Part shown: piece by piece, positions 52,533 through 64,000 of the stretch
How the letters are laid out: each line of letters begins with the position of its first letter
Position numbering within the stretch: position 1 is the first letter of the stretch
Assembly: GCF_006345805.1 (NCBI RefSeq)
Contig: NC_043014.1
Span: forward strand, 36,456,001 to 36,520,000
DNA length: 64,000 bases
Source of the DNA: Octopus sinensis
Lineage: Eukaryota
Direction: 5' to 3'
The notes under the pieces: model-generated
Databases searched by the model: none
Told to the model about the DNA's origin: nothing
The model's input: only the letters and a program-made list of their open reading frames with translations
Position numbers and translations under genes: made by a program

Positions 52533-54268
52533 TATATAAATTGTAGCCAACCTGCCGACTACTTTAATATGCTTGTATATCCAACCAAATACAGTGTTGA
52601 TCAGCAGGTAAATGACCACTACGAAGCAACAAGTGTGAGTGGCAGAAATTTCAAAATTATGTTTGCAGGACCGAACGGTCAGTGGTAAGGTGATGCTGGT
52701 TGACGGCCAGGCTGGAGATAACTCTCGTTGTTGGCAAAGCAGTTGCCAGATTCAGCATCATTGACGTATTGTAACAATAACCTACAGATAAACCTGCTCG
52801 CTTACCGAATATATTTATGGTAGGAGGAATTGAGAACTTTCAAAGGATCCAGTGGAGGGGAACGCCAATCTACTAAGCAGAGTTATGAGATATTCTGTGA
52901 AGAAAGAAGAAACAGTGAGCTTGTTGCTAAGCACAATGTCAGAATTCGAAGAGATGAACGTACCGGATCTTTGCGGTTTTGAACGGCAGTTTTTTCTTGC
53001 GGTGTCATATGAAATTGTCACCCATAATTATGTCCCTGGTATCGATCTGTTTTAGGTTTAGGTTAGTTAGGTTAGGGTTGGGGTGGGGGGAAGGGTACCT
53101 TATTTCTTCAGAAATGTAAATAAACCAATCTGATTCTTAAACGAGGGACAGATTCATACGGCACATAATGTTTTTACCTCAATAGATGTCATTGATTGGT
53201 TGAAATTGCAGAAATTGAAGAAGAGAAAAAACAACAAATAACCTACAAACTATAGAATTGTCTCAATAAAGCCAAGAGAAAAAGATGTTTTATAAACACA
53301 TTCTACCAGTATAAGAAGTTAAAAGGTGTTTGTTGCGTGGAAATTATTTTTAAAAACTGCCGTTCAAACCGAAAAGATCCCGTACCGTTCATTTTCAATC
53401 CCTTCTGCTTCACCAGTAAGTTACTTGTGGTATGTGTAGCAGCAATCCAGACTGCTCGGGGTGTGGAGTAAATCCTTTTTTTCTCAAATGCCTGGATGAC
53501 CTTACAATAAAGAAGGAGCTTCGATAAGGTAGAAATCCTGGTAAGCCTACCACTCCCGACGATTCCCTTTGGCATGAATCAACCGAGTCGGAAGAATGCT
53601 TAGGAAGCTGTTCAAGCAGCTAGGTCAGCAAGGTCAGCTAGGTCATCCAGTGTCCAGTGTAGCGCCATATTGAAAAATCAATTAGAAAAATACCAAACAA
53701 ATGTAGTAAGAAAAAGAAAATGTCTTGACTCTTTTTTCTCTCTCTCTCTCTTTCTCTCCTCCTACGTTCTTTCTCTATATCTTTGTCCCTTTCACTCCCT
53801 CCCTCTCACTTTTCCATGACGTTCTTCTTAATCTTTGACTGTAACTCCTTCTTGCCAATCTTCCTTCTTCTCTCCCTTTCTTACTTTCATATCCTTATAA
53901 CTTTCCCTCAATTTCCTCTCCCGCGTCCTAAGTCGGCGTCTTTTTCTTAATCACAATACTTCTTTCACCCAATCTCTCAATACTTCGAAATTCTCTATCT
54001 TTCTTTTCATCTTTGTATGTGTATATGTGTGAGTGTGTGTTCTGGCGTGCGCATGTGCGTGCGTGCTTGTGTACGTGTGTGTGTACTTAAGTTACTGTTT
54101 TTAAGAATATTTACTTCCGGTTTTCTAGCGTTAGTGACATCTATATCTCTATCTATATCTCTTTATCCATCTCTCTCTATTTATCTCAATCTCTCTATAT
54201 TTCTCTATCTATATCTCACTATCTATCTGTCTATATTTTATCTATCTACCTATCTACCTACCTATCTG

Positions 54269-54337
<69 letters not shown>

Positions 54338-54672
54338 TTGTCTATATCTTTTCTAACTATCTATCTATCTATCTATGTACCTACCTATCTATCTAAGTTT
54401 TACCTGCCTTCTCGATGCAGAAAAGAGAAAGAGAGAGAAACAAACAGACAGAGAGAGGGAGAAAAAGGAAGATAGAGAGAGAAAAAGAATGAAACAGAAA
54501 GATGGGACTTTCAGTTCACTCACACTTCAAGTTGGACTTGCGTTTTTCTCTCTATTTCTGTTATGTTTAGCCATTTCGACTACGCTATTTGTAAGAGATA
54601 TCTTTTCGTAAAATTTCTGCTTTCTGGAAGCCGACAATCATTTCTCCTCCTGCCTTATACCTGTCGCACAAG

Positions 54673-54725
54673 ATCAATAATGTTGATAGTTATGATGTTA
54701 CTGATGTCTTCTTACACTTCGGCCT
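54673..54725 (+). CDS. Ig-GPI gene copy 3, exon 2 (signal peptide core, intact)
   Basis: Identical to copy 2 exon 2. Exon 1 is absent (would fall in the gap). Confidence 0.7.
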
Positions 54726-54829
54726 GTAAGTTAATATTAAGAAACATAATATTTTTTCGGTTACAACACTGAATCTTCTTCTCTTAGATAACATGCTTTC
54801 ATCTTTGAACGACACAGTATACACACGCA

Positions 54830-54900
<71 letters not shown>

Positions 54901-55736
54901 CCACAGACAGACAAACGCACACATACACATACACACACGCACACACACACCAACACATTATCAACACACCGACATACACTTTTCAACAGCGTCACCTCAA
55001 ATACCTATTTCTTTACTGCCCACAAGGGGCTACACAGAAAGAGGGGACAAACAAGGACAGACATAGGTATTAAGTCGATTACATCGACCCCAGTGCGAAA
55101 GATGATAGCCAAAGTCGACCTCGGCGGAATTTGAACTCAGACCTTAACGGCAGACGAAATACGGCTAAGCATTTCACCCGTCGTTTTAACGTTTCTGCCA
55201 GCTCGCCACGAATAGCATAATACGAACAACACAACACACTGTTTAATTCAGTACACACACCACACACTGTTTAATTCAGTACACACACCACACACCATCA
55301 TGCACACTCTCACACCCTCACAAACACATAATATCTGAACACAGAGAATATATAGATACACACGCAACACGCATAAACATGCATTACACGCATTGACACG
55401 GATAACATTCGCTCACACAAAATACACACGTCCATATGCACACCACACACAGGGGAATACACAAAACGCATATTCTCCACACAACACATACTCTAGGTTA
55501 ATTTTACACACAAACACACACAAACACACACACATACATACATGCATACGTACGTACATACATACCTACATATACATACATACATACATACATACAGACA
55601 TACAGACATACATACGTACATACATACATATCTCGTTCTTTCTGTGTTTGTAAAAGTTTATAAAGACAGTATTTTTCAACTGATTTCCTCCAAACTGCGA
55701 ACGTACATTACTTATGTTCCAGGGATGACTTTAGAC

Positions 55737-56033
55737 CAGTGGTTTTCAACCAGGGTTCCGCGGAACCTTAGCGTTCCACCAGTACATTCCAGGGGTTCCG
55801 CAAGAAGTTACAAAACTGCTAGGATCTTTTCATTTTGAAAGCCAGATATTTCAGTTTTTTTCTAATGAAGTAAATAACGCAAGAAGTTACAAAACTGCTA
55901 AAATCCGCTGTAATTTTTAATCTCCTGTGCAGATATGTGTGCATAAGACTATTAAATTATGGCACAGGGGTTCCTCGAGCCAGTGGAATGTTTCCTTGGG
56001 GTTCCGCTCCAGCAAAAAGTTTGAAAAGCACTG
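55737..56033. mobile_element. hAT-family MITE (copy 3 counterpart)
   Basis: Same termini and CTTTAGAC TSD. Confidence 0.85.
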
Positions 56034-56543
56034 CTTTAGACTCTTAAAATTTCTCACATAATCAGTAACGTGCCCCTTGGAGCAGAAAAATACATACATC
56101 CGTACGCACACACTCACACCAACCAGTACATGGAATGCATGTCACTTCACATAATGTACACACTGACACACAGAAGTCCACATAATTTTCAGCTAACCCA
56201 CTCACACACTAGCATCCATTCACATAAACACATTCACAGACACCGTCCTCCCAAACACACATGCGCTTGTGCACCTAAGCTCCTTGGATATACCGTTATC
56301 GTTTATGATTATTATCTCGCTTTCATTCAACCTCTATTTTCCGGTCATCTCGCCATGTTGGACAATTTTTCTCTGCACTTCCATTTCTTTCCCAATTTTC
56401 TTATTCTTTCACAGTTTTCATCATTCTCTCTCCATTTTTTTTCCTCTTAATCCTTTCTGTCGAAAAGCATAGGCTCGAGACTTAAAAGACTTTTGCTTTC
56501 ATCCCGAGCGTTAAAATAATACACCTGCTGTCTTCGTCTTCTG

Positions 56544-56682
<139 letters not shown>

Positions 56683-56946
56683 TAGCCGGTGTTTTTCAAA
56701 CGATGAGTAGCTTTGGGTAAACCATGGATCGTTTTGTTCTCTTACTTTGTTATCACCTTATAATCATCTCATAATAATGACTTTTATTACTCGTATTACT
56801 ACCTCAGTCAATCTAAATGTATATATTTGTCGTTACCTGTCATAAATAGCCTTTTTCTATTTGCAATGTGCATTTTCGTAGATTTTTCATATTTACCCTT
56901 ACATTTCCACGTGTATTTTATCTTTTCTTTTTATTACATATTTCTA

Positions 56947-57007
<61 letters not shown>

Positions 57008-57942
57008 TAAAGTTTACCAAAATTTAGATCCAGATGAATATGGTACTTAAGTTAAAGGCACCAGAATTTGGTATGGTATTATCCATATAAATCAAATGGG
57101 GTGATTATAATCAAAATAAGCAACAAGCATATCCAAGGTAGTGTAGTACAATCGTTTCATGCTACTTCATTTTATTATACACTCTAAGTATTACGTCAGT
57201 TGTTAAATGTCGAGCAATCATCAGCCACACATAGAAGTTTTTTTAAAATTAAATGGACAATGTACATATTTATACTTATTTCATTTGCCAACATTACAAA
57301 GAGGGTAGATATATAGACAGAGAGGTTAATCTCATCATTAAGAACGTGGTGGTAGTATGTCCTTCTCCATTGGTAGATTTGTTATCACTGAGTTCACTTT
57401 GCTATTTAGATCTATCAGTGAGGAGGGGGTTTCTTATCTTGGTTCAATGAAGACAAACAAGAATTTTCTATTTATAGATAGAGGAAGGGGTAGTACAAAT
57501 GTCAAAACCATAAATCCATCCTTATTATGAAGAATTTAACTTAAGCATATTTGAATGTATTTTAGCAAACGCTTGTAGGCTGAAGTGTATGGTTTTGACA
57601 TTTGTACTACCCTTTCCTCTATCTATAAATGTTAACATTTGACATTATTGACCGAGGTTACCGGGGGTATTTACGAAGGCTTTTCCTTCCACGGATAAAC
57701 CCTATTTACTTTCCCCCTTACACTTTACATCATCACATTACTATGATACACGATCCCTATTGATCGTTATTTTTCTTTCTTTCACTTTTACGATCCCTTT
57801 TGATCGAAAACCTACCCCCATTTTTTCTTCCCCCCCCCCCATAAAGAACAGCTCTACTTTGTAATCTGTCCCATCTATGTGCAGCCCTGTGTGGCTAATA
57901 AAGAAACATATCTAACTATCTAGCTATCTTTCTATCCATTCA

Positions 57943-58024
<82 letters not shown>

Positions 58025-58028
<4 letters not shown>

Positions 58029-60242
58029 ATGGTTTGGCTAGTGCAGTATTTTTTGACCCACTTTGTGTGAGTGACGCCTGCAGGTCTGGAGTCAAAAACG
58101 AAAGGCCTTTGTTTACTGGAAGAGGAATGGCTTTTGGAGGGACCTTGGCCTTGTGCAGTCAATTGGAGGTCGTTCTAGACACCCTTGAAGAAGAGGAAGA
58201 GGAAAGTAGTGAGAAAGATAGAGTAAGGAATCTCAGAGCAGATAGAGAGGATGACAGCAGCAGCGCCGATAAAGGTATGTGATGCTGTACCCAAGAAATC
58301 TTGTGATTTGGAACCCGTAGAGGTTGAGGAAACCGAAGGCCTGGACTGTTGAAGGTGTTATGGCTGATGCTGTTGTTCCCTGTCTGGAGCCCTTGGCATC
58401 TCGACCCCTGTCTCTCGGAGCTCAGGACGAAGAGCTGGCGAGGTCTGGGGCAGATATCGCTGAGTCCGAGGTCCGGATCTGTCTGTGTGTGGTGGTCGCG
58501 GCAGGTGTTATGCCGTGTGCGAGTCCTTTGGTGTCTGGGCCCTGTCTCTCGGGGCTCAGAAGGACTGTATGGTTTCCACTGTGGAGAGGCCACAGGCGTG
58601 GATGGACTGGCGGCCGAGCGTGTGTGTTGTGAAGCCTTCGGTGCAGAAGCTGGTGAGGAGGAAGAGGACCAAGCCCGTTGACGAGGCGAGACGGCTACGA
58701 ACGGTGGTGGGTCCACCAAGACCAGGAAGACTGCTTCAGTGTTGGGTGAGCTGTGTGGTTGATGGCTGCTTGGGGCCGGTGGAGCCCGACAGGCAGTGCA
58801 TAGTAAAAGCTCAATTGAGGGTCGGGTGGACCCTAGTAAAAGCAGAAGCTGGCAGAGCGCTGGCTGGGTCGGCCGATCGTTTGGAAGTGGCATAGGCGAT
58901 TTGTAGAAGGCAAACCGAGGAATCGTGCCAGATGGCGAACCAGTGGTGGGGCCAGTTCTGCCGATACGGCAACGCAGTTGAAGGAGATGGTGGCCCACTG
59001 ATGCAGTTGCGGAAGCGGTCCGCAAGGAGTCGCTGGTGCTTGGTTGGCACTCGGGTGAGCTCTGTATTCGATGGTTGCGTGGGGCTGGTGGAGCCCAACA
59101 GGCAGTGCATAGTAAGGGCTCAATTGAGGGTCGGCTGGACCCTGGTGGAGGCAGAAGTTGACAGAGTGCTGGTTGGGTCGGCCGATTTATTGAAGGCTGC
59201 GCAGGCGATTTGTAGAGGGCAAATCGTGGAACTGCGCCGGACGGTGAACCAGCGGCGGGGACAGTTCTGCCAGTACGGCAATGCAGTTGAAGGAGATGGT
59301 GGTCCACCGATGCAGTTGCGGAAGAAGGAACCGTTGGTGAAAAGCGCAGGAGGACGTTGGTCGCGAGGGTTGTCGGATGTTGGTCGCACAAACATGGCAG
59401 AGTGCTTCATCAACCAAGGCGGTCGTCGCTTGAGGAAGCAGCGAGGCCGGAGGAAAGTCCCAGTACGGCAGCGAAAGAGGAGATATCGGCGACAGGGAAC
59501 AGTGGAAAAGCGGAATGGTCCTGGTCGTCGGCGATAATTGCACGGAACGAAGACGGCACAGCAAGATGCTACGTGGGGTATAGAGCCCTGAGGAGGGTGG
59601 CCACTGTGAAGGATTGGCCGGACCCTGCCTGTGTGAAGGATTTGAGGAACTTCCTCGGACGGTGCGCCTATTGTAGGCGGCTTGTAGGAAGCTTGGCGGC
59701 CTTGGCAGAGGTGTTACCCGAGCCGCAGAGGGAAGGTGCCAACCTGTGGCCAGTGGTGAAGTGGTGGCCGGGGAGTGAGACCCCGGAAGAGAAACCACCC
59801 AAGGGGACCTCCAGTTCCTGGAACATCTGCTGGGGCTCGCCCTCAGAGGTGCGGGTTTGTTGTGCTTTTTGTCGGGTCGACAAAGCTTAGGTAGGGGGTA
59901 GTGTTATGGTTGGCTAGTGCAGTAGTTCTTGACCCACTTTGTGGGAGTGGCGCCTGCAGGTCTGGAGTCAAAAACGAAAGGCCTTTGTTTACTGAAGAGT
60001 AATGGCTTTTGGAGGAATCTTTGGCCTTGTGCGGTCGATTGGAGGTCGTTCTAGACACCCCTTGAAGGAGAGGAAGAGGAAAGTAGTGAGAAAGATAGAG
60101 TAAGGAATCTGAGAGCAGATAGAGAGGATGACAGCAGCAGCGCCGATAAAGATAGGGACATAGGACCAGGCGGGATAGAGAGAGTATAAGGCTAAGAGAC
60201 AGATTGAGGGTAGTGATAAAGACAGTTGGTATTCGGTCGTCA
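58025..60242 (+). mobile_element. Internally deleted Gypsy-type LTR retrotransposon (copy 3)
   Basis: Same structure; LTR starts at 58025 and 59902. Confidence 0.85.
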
Positions 60243-62295
60243 AAGCGAGTAGTTGGAATTTTGGGAGCAGGCGTTTGGGATGCAGGAGCTTGGCAAGTTG
60301 GAGTTACGGCACGGAGAGAGATATATACAGAGGAATAGGCGGCTGTTAGAGAGGAACTACAATATGGGACACTGGCTATTCAATTAGGAATTAAGGTATT
60401 TAATTGTATTGATACGTGCTACGATGTAAAGAGACTGTACAAGAAAAAAAGAAAGAAGAAAGAGAGAGAAAAAGAAGGACTCTGATGTAGTCGTTAAAGA
60501 CATTGAACTGTATATGACTTGTTGATGTGTTTTGAAATAGAACTGTGTTTTCGGACGTGTACCTTTGAAATGCTGATGTATTAACCTTGTTGTGTCGTTA
60601 CCGGACGGTTATATTGTTACTTGCATGTTTAAATGCTTTGATCTGTTGTATACCTGTATTGATTTGTTGTTTCCTTTAAATGCTTTGATCTGTGGTATAC
60701 CCGTATGATGTATTGAGTTGTCACGTGCATGTCCTCCTTTAAATGTATCTAAAATGTATTTGATGTAACAGTTGATTGTCATATAAACTAGTTGTTAAAT
60801 GTAAGCCAGTGGTGCCTTGCCTCTTTGTGTCTCTCTCGGTTGCCTCTGTATCTCTCTGTGCTGCTGCTGCTGTTGTTGCTGTCTCACCTCTCTCCTCTTT
60901 GTGTTCCGTGGCGAACTTGCCCGTTCGGGCGAGCGACGGCGGGTGATTCCGTAACAATATATATATATCTTTCATCGTTTGTCTTTTACTTACTTCAGTC
61001 ATTAGACTGCAGTCATGCTGGGGCACCGTCTTGAGATTTTAATCGATTGAATAGACCCCATTACTTATAATTTAAGCCTGGTACTTATTCTATCGGTCTC
61101 TTTTGTCAACCCCCTCTAAGTTACGGAGACGTAAACACACCAACACCAGTTGTCAAGTGGTGATGGGGAGACAAACACAGACATATACACATAGATATAT
61201 ATATATACATATATACATAGACATATACATATATATACATATATATGCGACAGGCTTCTTTCAGTTTCCGTCTACCAAAGAACCATTTCAATCAATATCT
61301 AATAAACATTGATTTATGATGCTATTCTCCTCTGATAAACCAAGTAAATTTGTGTTACTTTCTTATTTACTAAGACTAAAGTTTATATTAATACGAATAA
61401 ATAAATTAGAACAATTACTATATATAATTATATAAAATTTTGAACAATTTTGCATATATGAATGTTTCTTGTAGACCCTATAAAATTTAGCATATATCAT
61501 CATATGTTCTTTCGAACTTGTATATACACATAAAAAACTTATGTGTACACTACGGTAGTAGTTGAATAATATTCTTAACGTAGCTTTTTGTTGCAGTTGG
61601 CGTCTTCCAAGTAGTCTCACTAATTCACTTTAAATCCAAATCAAATTTAGTTTTTAAAATTATGTTTGACTTGTGATAAGCTACATTTAGACATAAAATA
61701 CTTAAAGTCTGGTGCAGTAGAACAAAAGAGAAAAAGTATAGACCAAACTGGTTGACTGACGGGTAATAAAGCCCGACATCGGCATTTTGAATCCACACCA
61801 TTCTTTTAATTTTGATCAAGAATTATTATATTGATATTAATATGAAAGGAAATGTTAAAGGAATATATTGGTAAAGGTTTCGTAAAATGTTATCCATTAG
61901 AAAAAAGTTATTAATTTCAATTCTCAAATTTGTATCAATTTTTGCGTGATATTAAAGGGACTAGACATGTATGAACTAAACTATTTCTTAGTTGCACACA
62001 CAAGAAAATACAAACGACAACACAAATCAATACAAAGTGTTCTATTTATTTTCTTTAGTATAAATTACTTTTATAAAAGTGAAGTGAATTTTTTTGCTTA
62101 AATTTTTGTGTAGTGTGGCTTTTAACGTCCATTTTGAATATAATTATTTTAATAACAAGATTATTTGATAAAAATATTAAGTATTCTATCATGTTGTAGG
62201 GCTGTTCAGAAAAGGCAAATGACAAAAATTCTAATATTTTAAGACACTTGCTTCCCAGCTATTGGCTGGGAAGCAAGCGTCTTACAGTGACTCCT

Positions 62296-62341
<46 letters not shown>

Positions 62342-62490
62342 TGAGGCAGAAAGATTTCAATAAATAAATGCATAGATATGCATGCATATATGCTAATGTA
62401 TAGATGTATCAACCAATATATCTATATATATAAATTTGTCTCTCTCTTTCTATATATGATATACATGTATGTATGTATGAATGTATGCAT

Positions 62491-62560
<70 letters not shown>

Positions 62561-63032
62561 CATATATTTATATGTATATATGTGTGTGTGTGTGTATGTG
62601 TAAGTCCGTGTGTGTGTCCGTAATAAATACTTATGTATCAAGATATTTTTAACTGAGACGTTAGAACCATATTAATACTTGAAGAGTTAAATTGTGTGCA
62701 TGTGCATATATTTACCACATTGATGATATCTATCACAGGTTTTTCATTGTGTTGATGAACTATTTTCTATGATTAATAAAACTGTCGGTATTTTGACGAC
62801 ACAGGTATGTTAGTATAATAATAAATATCAAAAACTAACTGCAAAGTTTTATTTGTGGATAGATGTAATCCGTATTCACAACAACCGTTATTTTTATTGG
62901 CTCTCTTTTTCCTACTTCTGTCATTCTTCTTCTTCTTCTTTTTCTTCTTCTTCTTCTTCTTTTCTTCTTCTTCTTCTTCTTCTTCTTCTTCTTCTTCTTC
63001 TTCTTCTTCTTCTTTTCTTCTTCTTCTTCTAC

Positions 63033-63064
<32 letters not shown>

Positions 63065-63186
63065 CTTCTTCTTCTTCTTTTTTCTTTTCTTCTTCTTCTT
63101 CTTCTTCTTCTTCTTCTTCTTCCATAGTTACATTTATATATTTTTTATGACATCTATCTCTGATCTATGATTTTTTTTCTATGCAG

Positions 63187-63523
63187 TTATTGAGATTGCA
63201 GATGTGTTTCCTTCAAGCAATATTGATTTTGCACACGCAACATTCTTAACTATAAAATGTCGGTATGATATAGAAAATCTTCTTATGTTTTTTCTCGTGC
63301 GAAATCACAGTGAAATTATTGTTGTTCGAATCAATTTTCAAAATTGAAGACACGAATTTTGAGGTAGTAACCAGTAGAAAGGGTTTTGACTGTACTATAC
63401 CTACATTACCTGTACGTAAGAAAGGTGTGATTACCTGCTCGAAACGTTATCCCTCTTGTGAGGATGCGACATACTACAAATGTTCAGCAAATAAAGAATC
63501 TTCAAAATCTAGAGTTGTAAGAG
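63187..63523 (+). pseudogene. Ig-GPI gene copy 3, exon 3 (Ig1), frameshifted as assembled
   Basis: 337 nt. Identical to copy 2 except +3 (gtt), +2 (aa) and -1 (t) indels clustered at about 63320-63360; may be sequencing error. Confidence 0.65.
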
Positions 63524-64000
63524 GTCAGTTTACTCGTTCTATTTTTACTTCCGTTTCTTTTTTTGCACGTATTCAATTCCATTATCATTATTTTTATTTC
63601 TATTGTGTGTTTCTATTGCACTATCGAACACAAGTTTCATCCAGTCATGTCAATTGCCAAGGCCAGCCTGACTACCTCTCTCCATCACTCCCGATCTTCC
63701 ATTAGTGTTTTTAGGTCTTCAACTTGGCATCCAACATCTTCTGCAAGCTGTTGTATATATGTCTTCCGTGGTCTTCCAGTCGCTGTAGTACCGTGATTTC
63801 GTGCCCACAACAACTCGTTACTCACAAGTTCTTCTTTACTTCTCCAGCAATGGTCAGCAAAACCCAATGTCCGCTCTTAGATGATTGATGAGAAAGTTGA
63901 TACATTCCCATATAACCTTTGTTTAGTTGGGTGCTCCCTCCATTAAATGTTGGGCACTGCACGTAACATTCTGGTGTAGGTACCGTCCAGCATGCACTTA

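Noticed and set aside
58159-59391. Longest ORFs in the track (410 aa minus strand; 349 aa at 41388-42437)
   Set aside because: Antisense frames of the GC-rich Gypsy internal region; the reading differs between copies because of indels, and no domain is recognisable.

Overview
Eukaryotic, AT-rich DNA packed with microsatellites and SINEs. The SINE types and the (TA)n/(TACA)n/(TATC)n load suggest an octopod cephalopod (inference). The window is a tandem segmental duplication: copy 1 = 1-31861, copy 2 = 31862-50689, a 100-N gap at 50690-50789, and copy 3 = 50790-64000 (near-identical to copy 2 from 33691). Most ORF-track entries are repeat or transposon noise. Reading splice signals by hand gave a complete six-exon gene model in the repeat unit, encoding signal peptide (split over two mini-exons) - V-like Ig domain - C2/I-like Ig domain - 33-nt stalk exon - GPI-anchor signal, about 276 aa. 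The distal Ig1 exon differs between copies 1 and 2 at 24 codons non-synonymously against 3 synonymously (about 9.6% nt), versus about 3% in a sampled non-coding stretch and in Ig2. This is the pattern expected of a diversifying cell-surface recognition family. Copy 1 has a 1-nt deficit in exon 2 and copy 3 has indels in Ig1; either could be pseudogenisation or long-read error. Introns and spacer hold CR1, RTE, RTEX-like, Tx1/L1 and Penelope fragments, a deleted Gypsy element, MITEs, SINEs and several hairpins. All counts are manual and no database searches were run.
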